This document shows, in pieces, positions 24,047 to 33,500 of a stretch of DNA of 43,866 bases (the stretch's first letter is position 1; each line of letters opens with the position of its first letter). Under the pieces are notes generated by a model that searched no databases, had not been told where the DNA came from, and saw nothing but the letters and a program-made list of their open reading frames with translations. The stretch comes from a virus: positions 1 to 43,866 of IMG/VR virus record IMGVR_UViG_3300045988_069725, one strand, 5' to 3'. The translations under genes and the position numbers were made by a program.

Positions 24047-24490
24047 ATGAATGGATTTGAAGGATTAGATGAAGAATTAGAAAATTCTGATAACAAAGTA
24101 ACTCCGATAGCGGAGGTCAAACCCAAAAGACGTCCGTTTCATTATTGGACAGTGAATGGGCAGGAACACAAGATGAAGCTGACAACTCAGATGATTGGTA
24201 TGCTGGAGAAAAAGTACCGGACTAATATATTAAATCTGATTTCCTCTGACGGACTTCCACCGCTGTCTGTTATGCTGACTATCATTCAAGCGTCAATGTC
24301 GCCTTGGGAGCACAACACGGATTCTACTGCTGTGCTTAAACTGTACGAGTCCTGGTGTGAGGAGGGAGGCAATCAGATAGACCTGCTGTCACAGGTAGTT
24401 ATGCCTACGCTGGTGGTATCTGGTTTTTTTACCGAAAAGCAGGGGAACTCCATCATGGAAGACCTGAAGAACACGGACGAACTTCTGTAG
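24047..24490 (+). CDS. Tail assembly chaperone (G-like)
   Basis: Position between the tube and tape measure genes. It contains the slippery T7 run at 24424-24430. Confidence 0.7.
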   Translation: MNGFEGLDEELENSDNKVTPIAEVKPKRRPFHYWTVNGQEHKMKLTTQMIGMLEKKYRTNILNLISSDGLPPLSVMLTIIQASMSPWEHNTDSTAVLKLYESWCEEGGNQIDLLSQVVMPTLVVSGFFTEKQGNSIMEDLKNTDELL

Positions 24491-24858
24491 AATATCTGTA
24501 TTCTGATGCGATAGACGATCTGTATCCATACGCCCTGGAAGCTGGTGTGTCAGTGTATGAGTTTTGGCAGCTGTCCTTTGGGGAGGTAATGGACATTGTA
24601 GATGCCTATAACCGGAGGGAGCGACGGCTGTTTAAGGACGCCGTAAGACAGCAGTTTCTTCTTGCGGAGGTCATCACCCGGTATTTGACCAGGGACAAGG
24701 GGGAGGACCCTCCAAAGCCCTGGGAGTATTATCCGGAGCTGTTTTCAGAAGACAAAAAGACCGCGGAGGAGCAGGAAGAAGAAAAGCAGCTTCTGGAGCT
24801 GAAAGAACGCAGAAGAGTGTATGCAGATGAAGTAAACCGCAGACGCCGGGGAGGCTGA
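24047..24858 (+). CDS. Tail assembly chaperone G-T fusion made by a programmed -1 frameshift at 24424-24430
   Basis: In frame 0 the sequence reads GGT TTT TTT ACC. The -1 frame is open from at least 24421 through the annotated 24547-24858 ORF. Confidence 0.6.
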
Positions 24859-24873
24859 CTCCCTGGCTTTTTT
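24845..24873 (+). terminator. Terminator-like hairpin between the chaperone and tape measure genes
   Basis: GCCGGGGAG-gctga-CTCCCTGGC followed by TTTTTT. The chaperone stop codon lies in the loop. Confidence 0.5.
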
Positions 24874-24896
24874 CATTAGGAGGAAGGGGGTGAAGT

Positions 24897-27800
24897 ATGG
24901 GAAAAGAACTGGAAAGACTTGAGGTTGTGATTGAAGCGGATCCTTCACGACTGAAAAAAGGTGCGGCGGATGCGAAAAAATCCATTCAGGATATGGTAAG
25001 CAATGTCAACCAGGATATAGAAAAAATCAAAAGTCCTATTAAAGATATGATGGACAGTGAGGGTATGAGCCAACTCAAAAATATGAAAAGCTATATCAAA
25101 AATACCTTTTCTGATTTGAAAAATGGGAATCTTATGGACGGACTTGCGAATGGTGTTGATAAGTATATCCGTGATGCACAGGTTGCCGCGGGTATCCGGG
25201 TATATACAGATGATTACCTGGACCTGGAAAAGGATATTGAAGCGGTTCAGGGGGCACTTGAAAAAATGGATGCTAAGCGGAAGGCTATGTCAGACTCCGA
25301 TGTCTACGAAGAATCAAAGGAATACAAGGAGTTAACAAAAAGTATTGCGTCTACAGAAAAACGCCTAAATACCCTTATTGAGCGCCAGGAAAAAATGAAA
25401 GCCGGCGGGGCAAGTCATAAGAGTTCAAGCTGGAAAAACCTGCAGTATGACATAGAGGAGACTAGAAAAACCCTGGATGCCTATAAACAGGAGGCTGCTT
25501 CTATGCAGGCCGATGGCAGCGCTTGGCAGCATTCAAATGCATGGAATAAAATAACAGGATCCATTCAACAGGCAGAGGCGGAGTTAAGAAACTATAAAGC
25601 CCAGCAGTCCAGCATGAATGCAGCGGGGACTTCTACCGCAGTAACAAATCCGGGGTCTATGAGTTCCGGCAGCTACCTGCAGACGGCCGCTGCCAGTGTG
25701 GGATATCTGCCTACAAAGATACGAGAAATAACAGGAAGCGTAAATCAAGTCATTAAGAAAATACCAGTCATCGGCCGGGTGGCTACGGAAGCCTCCTATG
25801 TGGCGTCTAAGGCGTTCGGAGGTATGAAAGCTGTATTCAGCAAAATAACTCCTGCAATAAAGAAAGTGTCTGGTGTTTTCGGGTCACTCATACAAAAATT
25901 TAAAAGCAGTATTCCCATATTGAATAAAACAGGAAGGTCCATGTCCGGAATGGAGGCACACTGTAAGGGACTGGGGGGTATGATGCGAACTGTGGGCATG
26001 ACTGCCCGGTTTATGTTCGCAAGCTTCCTGATCCGAGGAGCCGTAAACGGTGCGAAGGAAGGATTTCAAAACCTAGCTCAATACAGTGAGCGGACAAATG
26101 CCAGCCTATCCATGCTGATGTCGTCTTTGACTCAACTTAAAAACGCCCTGGCCACAGCTTTTGCGCCTATTCTGAACGTGGTAGCGCCCCTTCTGAATGC
26201 ACTCATTCAGAAGGTTACACAGGCGGTATCCGCCCTTGGTATGCTGTTTGCGTCCCTAACCGGGCAGAAGTCCTTTACAGCGGCTAAAAAGGTCAACCAG
26301 GACTATGCGGCAAGTCTGAATCAAAATTCGAAGAACGCGGAAAAGGCAGATAAGGCCAATCAGAAACTGCAGCGGACGCTCCTTGGATTTGACCAGCTGA
26401 ATAAGATGGATGACAACTCAAACTCTGATATTGACACAGGGGTTTCCGGTGATGTGGGTGGACTCCTTCCAGCGGATATGTTTGAAGAAGTGCCGATAAC
26501 CTCAAAAATCAGCGATCTTGCAGATAAGATTAAGGATGCCTGGAGAAATGCCGATTTCACAGAGATTGGCCAGATTGTAGGAAATAAACTGAATGCCGCC
26601 CTGGAGAGTATCCCGTGGGAGGCGATACAGAGTGCGCTCTATCGGATCGCAAAGAGTGTGGCGACATTCCTGAATGGTTTTATTGAAACAGTGGACTGGG
26701 GACTTGTGGGAGAGACCATATCTCAGGGAATCAATACAGCCTTTATGACGGCGAATACGTTTGCTCAGAATTTCCACTGGGATTCTCTTGGAGAGGCCGT
26801 AGGAAACGGTATCAACGGAGCTATGTATGGACTAAACTGGGACCTGATAAAGGAGACAGTCCATAATGTAGTATCTGGTCTGATAGAGGCCCTGAATACA
26901 TTTCTTCGGACCGCAGACTGGAATAAAGTAGGAGAGACTATAGCAGAGTTTTTCAATACAAAGCTGGAGGCTTTCTATACGGCGGTAACAGAGTTTGACT
27001 GGGAGGAGCTTGGGGACTCCATAGCGGAAGCAATTAATGGGCTGTTTTCTACCTTTGACTGGGCGAAGCTTGGAGAGAGTATTTCTAATTTTGCAAAGGG
27101 TATTCTAGATTCGCTCATACATGCGATTGAGAATACAAACTGGATGCAAGTTGGAGAAAGCATTGCTGCTTTTCTTGCAAATATAGATTGGAATGGGATA
27201 GTTGATAGGCTATTCGAGCTTTTGGCCGCAGCATTAGGCGGACTTGCGATGTTCCTAGGCGGTTTAATAATTGACGCCGTTATACAGGTTGGCAAAGACA
27301 TACAAATGGACATCCAAGAGTGTGGGGGAAATATTGTCCTTGGCATTTTAAAAGGTATTGGTGATGCGCTGCTGGGCATAGGCCAATGGATTTATGACCA
27401 TATTTTTACTCCTATAATAGATGGGTTTAAAGCGGCCTTTGGCATTCATAGTCCATCTACCGTCATGGAAGAGCAGGGCGGAAATATTATTGAGGGGCTG
27501 CTAAATGGCCTTATTGGCAACATAGGCTCGGTTATTACCTGGTTTACGGAGCTCCCCGGGAAGGTCAAAGAGGCCCTGGGAGATGCCAAAGAATGGCTGG
27601 TGGAAAAAGGAAAAGGAGCCATTGAGGGTATCAAGAACGGGTATGAAGCTGTTAAAGACAGCAAACTATTCTCTAAGTTTAAAAATCTTAAAGACGAAGC
27701 TTTCAGCGCTGTTGGCAATGTAGCAGCAAAGGTAAAAACAAAAGGTACGGATATCATTTCTGGTATTAAAGACGGGTATGAAAACAGTAAACAAAGTGGC

Positions 27801-28439
27801 CTGTTATCTAAGGTATCCACTCTGAAAGATTATGTTTTCACCTCTGTGGGAGACATGGCAAAGAAAGTAAAATCCAAAGGGCAGAGTATCATATCAGGTA
27901 TTGCAGATGGCTATGACCGGGATAAGCATCTGATTAAAAGCGCCGTTTCGGGCGTTGGTGATTTGATTAGCAAAGGAATAGGTAATCTTGCTGATGTAGG
28001 AAAAAGTGCCATTTCTTCCTTTGCCCGTGGGTTCTCTTCCGTCCACATCCCAATGCCGCATATCGACTGGGATTGGCACGAGATTGGAATGGGAGACTTT
28101 AGCATCAGTATACCGAGTTTTGATTTGAGCTGGTATGCAAAAGGCGGATTCCCCAACGTGGGAGAAATGTTTGTAGCCCGTGAAAATGGACCGGAGCTTG
28201 TCGGACGGATGGGAAGCAAATCAGCGGTAGCCAATAATGCACAAATCGTCGAGGGTGTAAAGGCCGGCGTAAAGGACGGCGTTATGGAGGCTATGATGAA
28301 CTTCCAGGGAGGCGGAGGAGCTGAACAGGCGCCTGTAATTGAATTTACGATTATCGCAGATACAGAAACCCTTTACCGGGCAACGCAAAAAGGAAAGCAG
28401 AAGTCAGACAGACGGTATGAAGTACTCGTAACGGTGTAG
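24897..28439 (+). CDS. Tape measure protein
   Basis: 1180 aa, with a coiled-coil N-terminus, hydrophobic central segments, and periodic (D/N)W..(V/L)GE repeats (TVDWGLVGE, TADWNKVGE, EFDWEELGD, TFDWAKLGE...). Confidence 0.9.
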   Translation: MGKELERLEVVIEADPSRLKKGAADAKKSIQDMVSNVNQDIEKIKSPIKDMMDSEGMSQLKNMKSYIKNTFSDLKNGNLMDGLANGVDKYIRDAQVAAGIRVYTDDYLDLEKDIEAVQGALEKMDAKRKAMSDSDVYEESKEYKELTKSIASTEKRLNTLIERQEKMKAGGASHKSSSWKNLQYDIEETRKTLDAYKQEAASMQADGSAWQHSNAWNKITGSIQQAEAELRNYKAQQSSMNAAGTSTAVTNPGSMSSGSYLQTAAASVGYLPTKIREITGSVNQVIKKIPVIGRVATEASYVASKAFGGMKAVFSKITPAIKKVSGVFGSLIQKFKSSIPILNKTGRSMSGMEAHCKGLGGMMRTVGMTARFMFASFLIRGAVNGAKEGFQNLAQYSERTNASLSMLMSSLTQLKNALATAFAPILNVVAPLLNALIQKVTQAVSALGMLFASLTGQKSFTAAKKVNQDYAASLNQNSKNAEKADKANQKLQRTLLGFDQLNKMDDNSNSDIDTGVSGDVGGLLPADMFEEVPITSKISDLADKIKDAWRNADFTEIGQIVGNKLNAALESIPWEAIQSALYRIAKSVATFLNGFIETVDWGLVGETISQGINTAFMTANTFAQNFHWDSLGEAVGNGINGAMYGLNWDLIKETVHNVVSGLIEALNTFLRTADWNKVGETIAEFFNTKLEAFYTAVTEFDWEELGDSIAEAINGLFSTFDWAKLGESISNFAKGILDSLIHAIENTNWMQVGESIAAFLANIDWNGIVDRLFELLAAALGGLAMFLGGLIIDAVIQVGKDIQMDIQECGGNIVLGILKGIGDALLGIGQWIYDHIFTPIIDGFKAAFGIHSPSTVMEEQGGNIIEGLLNGLIGNIGSVITWFTELPGKVKEALGDAKEWLVEKGKGAIEGIKNGYEAVKDSKLFSKFKNLKDEAFSAVGNVAAKVKTKGTDIISGIKDGYENSKQSGLLSKVSTLKDYVFTSVGDMAKKVKSKGQSIISGIADGYDRDKHLIKSAVSGVGDLISKGIGNLADVGKSAISSFARGFSSVHIPMPHIDWDWHEIGMGDFSISIPSFDLSWYAKGGFPNVGEMFVARENGPELVGRMGSKSAVANNAQIVEGVKAGVKDGVMEAMMNFQGGGGAEQAPVIEFTIIADTETLYRATQKGKQKSDRRYEVLVTV

Positions 28440-28452
28440 GAGGTGGTTATAG

Positions 28453-28809
28453 ATGTCTATGATTGTTGTGGACGGGTCCGAAATCAAGGATCCGTCTGTT
28501 TTTGAATGGGGGCTGCAGGATATATCTGCAGCCGATGCCGGCAGAACGGATGACACAATAATGCATAAAAACCGTGTCGGTCAAAAAAGAAAAATCAAAC
28601 TAGCCTGGAACAACCCTACCCCGCAGGAAACAGCCTCTATTCTCCAGGCTTTTGACCCGGAATATATTACGGTTACCTATCCTGACGCAAAGAGTGGAGG
28701 GCGGGAAACCAGGGAATTTTATGTAGGAGACCGGTCTGCATCCATGCGGAGCTGGGCGACTACTTACCGTAGATATACCCAGGTAGGGTTTGACATAATA
28801 GAGAGGTAA
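28453..28809 (+). CDS. Hypothetical tail-tip module protein (small; distal-tail position)
   Basis: It sits directly after the tape measure gene. GGAGGTGG RBS. Confidence 0.5.
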   Translation: MSMIVVDGSEIKDPSVFEWGLQDISAADAGRTDDTIMHKNRVGQKRKIKLAWNNPTPQETASILQAFDPEYITVTYPDAKSGGRETREFYVGDRSASMRSWATTYRRYTQVGFDIIER

Positions 28810-28811
28810 AT

Positions 28812-30545
28812 ATGATTAATACAAGCATCGAATTCCAGCAGGCACTGGATCAGAACAGTAAATGCGCTGTAAAGGCAGATATACAGCTGAATAATGGGAC
28901 GCAGTTACAGGTAGATGAATCAAAGATTGTGCTGGGCGGTACTAAGATAGATGACGGAGTAAGCAGCTCCGGGAAATTTGAGATTGGGAGTGCTATCACA
29001 AATAAGCTTACACTCAGCCTGAACAACATGGATGACCAGTTTTCTGACTATGATTTTACCGACGCAATCATTACCATTTGGGTAGGAAAGCACCTGTCAC
29101 CCACAAGAAACGAATGGCTGAAAAAGGGAGTGTTTAATTCAGAGGATCCTACTGCTACGCCGTCGATCCTGAACCTGGAGTGCCTGGACAACATGAGTAA
29201 ATTTGATAAAGCCTACGATAAAGGCATAAGCTTCCCGGCAACGCTGCAGGTCATTGTACAATACTGCTGTGACAGATGCGGAGTAATTCTTGCCAACAAG
29301 CAGTTTCCAAACTACGGCTATACAGTCAGCAAGAACCCATTTGACGCCAACAATAATATTACTTATAGGGCCTTGCTGTCCTACTGTGCTTTAATTACAG
29401 GGTGCTATGTCCGGTGTAATGCGGACGGGCGCCTGGAGTTTAAATGGTACGATGTGGGGGCTTTTAATAACCTGACGGACGGCGGTATTTTTGACCGGAC
29501 GGAGGAGACCAGCTATCAGACGGGTGCCAGCCTGGACGGAGGGAATTTTACGGATTATGAGTCAGGGGATACTGCAGACGGCGGCAGCTTTATGGAGGTT
29601 TGGCCATATCATCATATATTTTCTTTTAATTCCCTGTCTGTATCTACGGAGGATGTTGTAATCACTGGAATCCGGGTAAAAGCCTCAGATGCGGTAGACA
29701 GTGAAGGGAAAAAGATAGAGGGCGAGACCTATTTGTCCGGAGCTGAGGGCTATGTTTTGTCCGTGACGGGCAACCCATTGATAGAATACGGCCAGGCCAG
29801 GGCAGTGGCTGAATATTTAGGAACACGGGTTGTAGGAATGCGGTTCCGGCCGCTGCAGGCGTCCTGCCTTGGGAATCCTTCCTGGGAAGCGGGAGACGCC
29901 GCTATAGTAACAGACCGCAAGGGAAACAGCTATTATACGTATCTCACGAATATAACGTACAGTACCGGGAGTTACGCCAGAGTCTCCTGCGATGCAGAAC
30001 CGGCAGCGCGCCACAGCGCAGAGAAGTATTCCGCAATGAATCAAATTGTATCGGATATAAAAAGAGACAATCAACAGCAGATAAATTCATACACGGAATA
30101 TGTCACGCAGCTGGGTAATCTCGCCATTAGCGCTATGGGGTACTATGAAACTACGCAGACACAGGGGGAAAGTACGATCAGATTTATGCATGACAAGCCG
30201 CAGCTGTCCGGCAGTACGCTGATATATCGGCAGACTTCAAATGGGGTGTTCTCCTGGTCCGTGGATGGCGGAAGGACCTATACTTCGGGGGTACCCAGCA
30301 GGAGTGCCAATGTGGTAATGAGCATTTTGGCGGCGTTAAAGGTAAGTCTTGACTGGTTGTCTGGGGGTATTCTTACTCTGGGAGGAAGCAACAACGCAAA
30401 CGGAACACTTGTAGTCCGGGACGCTGCAGGGAATGAAAAGGTCAGACTTGACCAGACAGGAATCAGCAGCGAAAGATTAGATGACCTGGAAACAAGGGTG
30501 ACAACACTTGAAAGTGAATTGGAGGCGATAAAAAATGGCAATTAG
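28812..30545 (+). CDS. Tail-tip/baseplate hub protein (Tal-like) with a C-terminal coiled coil
   Basis: Position and size. C-terminal LDDLETRVTTLESELEAIKNG. Confidence 0.55.
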   Translation: MINTSIEFQQALDQNSKCAVKADIQLNNGTQLQVDESKIVLGGTKIDDGVSSSGKFEIGSAITNKLTLSLNNMDDQFSDYDFTDAIITIWVGKHLSPTRNEWLKKGVFNSEDPTATPSILNLECLDNMSKFDKAYDKGISFPATLQVIVQYCCDRCGVILANKQFPNYGYTVSKNPFDANNNITYRALLSYCALITGCYVRCNADGRLEFKWYDVGAFNNLTDGGIFDRTEETSYQTGASLDGGNFTDYESGDTADGGSFMEVWPYHHIFSFNSLSVSTEDVVITGIRVKASDAVDSEGKKIEGETYLSGAEGYVLSVTGNPLIEYGQARAVAEYLGTRVVGMRFRPLQASCLGNPSWEAGDAAIVTDRKGNSYYTYLTNITYSTGSYARVSCDAEPAARHSAEKYSAMNQIVSDIKRDNQQQINSYTEYVTQLGNLAISAMGYYETTQTQGESTIRFMHDKPQLSGSTLIYRQTSNGVFSWSVDGGRTYTSGVPSRSANVVMSILAALKVSLDWLSGGILTLGGSNNANGTLVVRDAAGNEKVRLDQTGISSERLDDLETRVTTLESELEAIKNGN

Positions 30546-33500
30546 AGTAAGAAGAGGTTTAAAGGAACAATTTATAGCCTCTAAGCTACTGCCTGGTGAA
30601 TTTGCGGTAGCCACTGATACTGGTACGGGCTGGTATTGTTTTAAGGCCGGAAACGTTAAACTTATTGCTACAACAGATGATATTGAAAAGGTAATGCAGG
30701 ATTATGATGCCTGTCAGGAAGACATAGCCGCAATACAGACAGAGATGGATGCCGCAAAAAGAGCAATTCTGGAATTGCAGAATGGGGCGGCAAAATATCC
30801 CATTGCGACAAAAGAGGAAGCACTTGCAGCGGAGGCAAACGACAAATTAATGTCACCTCTTAGAACGGGGCAGCTTATATCCGAGATGGTAAAGGATCTG
30901 GTGAAATATCCCATAGCCACTGAGCAGGAGGCCAGGGCTGGTATTGATGATAATAAGCTGATGACGCCACTCAAGGTAGCACAAGCCATAGAAGAGCTGG
31001 CCAGCGGCGGAGGAGGCGGGGGCGGAGGCTCCACCATACCAATTATGTCCAGTACTTTTGCTGGCGGTTCTTTCGCAGCTGGAACCGAGATTGAGATCCG
31101 ATATCGGTGGAGCAGCCCCAACGAGGGATATGGCACGCTGCATGTACTTTTGAATAATGTGGAGATTATCACTGAGGAGGTACAGCAGGGCCTTAACCGT
31201 GTCGTGGTACCAGGGCAGGTTAAGGGTAATTACACTGTGCTGATGTATGTAACAGATAGAGGTGGATTAACCACGGATAAACTGACCTTTACGCTTAAGG
31301 TTGGGGGCCTGGATATTACTTCTACTTTTGATGATTCAGAGGATTTTACCATCAAGAGTGTTATCCGTATACCGGTAACCATAGACACAATATCCCTGGA
31401 CCCAATCTATATCAATACCACAATAGATAACATAACCACAAGGACGGCCGGCCAGAACGGTTACAATATGGTTCAGCTGCCGGCACTTACACCGGGGGCC
31501 CACAAGGTGTCCATCAAGGTAACGTCCGGCGTCTACGTGTCAAACATATTACAGTTCAACATTATCATCGAGGATGCAGATACGCTGACAATCATCTGTG
31601 ATTATGAAGTGGAACAGGTGTCCTATCGCGACTTAGTGGAGATACCGTATAGAGTATCACTTAAAGGCGTAGATAGGTTTAACGCAGAATACCTGGTAGA
31701 TGGTATCATTAAGAAAACACTGGAAATCAAATCAGGTACCAACATCTGGGCAACCCGTGACCTGGCGGTAGGTGATCATACCCTGCGCATTAATGTGGCT
31801 ACCCTGGACGGTGCAAAGACAGCTTACGTTGAAAAATCTCTTCGTGTCAATGCCAGCAGTTATACTCCTCTGCAACCGGTTGTGGATGCCTCCCTAGTGG
31901 CTTGGTTTGATGCAACCGGGCGAACCAATCAGGATACTGACCGTGATACATGGGCGGACAAGAGCGGCAATGGCACCGTAGCGAACCTGGTGGACTTTAA
32001 CTATGGTGCAAACAATGGATGGATTGACAATACTCTTAAATGTAACGGTGGTTCCTACGTGGAGATTGACCTTCAGCCATTAAAAGAAAATGCCCCATAC
32101 GGCTTAACAGTTGATATTAAATTTAAGACCAGGGATTCTGGAGATGAGCTTGACTGTGTACTGGATATGAGGGGAAGCGACAGTAACAATCGTGGATTTG
32201 CCATAGACACGAAATATATGTATATGAATTCAGGTACCACTAAAGCAAAAAGCACCGTGCTGGAGGAAGCAATTTCCCGCGCTACATTTGTAATCGACAG
32301 GCAGAACAAGCTTGCGAAGATTTATAACAATGGTGTAATGACAGAGGCTTTTATAATCCAAGCCACTGAGACTTTTACGAATAATAGTAAAATTTATTTA
32401 GGGGCGCGACTTGCTAATGTATCCGGCGTCTGGGGACCAGCGTACTACAGTGATTGTGAGGTTTACAGTATCCGTGTCTATGAGAGGGCGTTAGAATCAG
32501 ATGAGATTGTTCAAAACCATATCGCGGATATTCCGGACCTCACGGAACAAGAAGAGAAATACCGCCTGAATTACGAAAACATGATGCCAACCATGTATTT
32601 TTATGGCGATACATCGGCCATGACCAAGGACAATAAAGTGCCGCTTCGGATCCGGTATATCAGTACGGATAGTAATAAGTACGGGGAGTCCTTTGATTTG
32701 CCGGCGTGCCAGGTGGGTTGGCAGGGTACATCATCTCTGCAGTATGCAGTCAAAAATTATAAAATAAAACTAAAGGACCAGGACGGGGCAAAGTACAAAT
32801 ACAGCCCGTTTCCGAATGGCATTTTAGAGGACACTTTTTGCTTGAAGGCAGACTACATGGAATCCTCCCACGCCAACAATACCGGTATGGCCCGGTTTAT
32901 CAATGACTGTTTATATGACAGTAAGGTCCCGCCGCAGGAGACAAACGCCAATGTTCGGACTACCATCGACGGATTTCCTATCCAGCTGTATATCGCACAG
33001 TCAAACGATGCTACGCCGGTATACATGGGGGTATTTAATTTTAACTTGGATAAGGGCTGCAATGACTCCTTTGGATTTGACGCCAACACTTTGAGCTTCG
33101 AGGTGTCCAGCAACTCGGATACCAGCGCAGGAGCTTTTAAGAATGATAGTGATGCAAGTATAAGAGAAGACTTTGAGTTACGGTATCCAGATGAGGATGA
33201 CTGCACCGCAGAACAGATAGACGCCGCATACGCGACTTTGAAAAGAATTGTGACGTGGGTCAAGAACAGCACAGAGGAAACTTTCCGGGCAGAGGTGGAA
33301 CAGTATTTCAGCCTTGAGTACCTCTTGAAATATTACCTGCAGGTGCACCTCTTCGGTATGGTGGATAACCTGGGAAAGAACATGATGCTGACCACCTGGG
33401 ATGGTCTTGTGTGGTATCCACAATTTTATGATATGGATACACAATTAGGCTTGGATAATACCGGATATCTGGAATTTCTCAGTGATATCGATGTAGTAGC

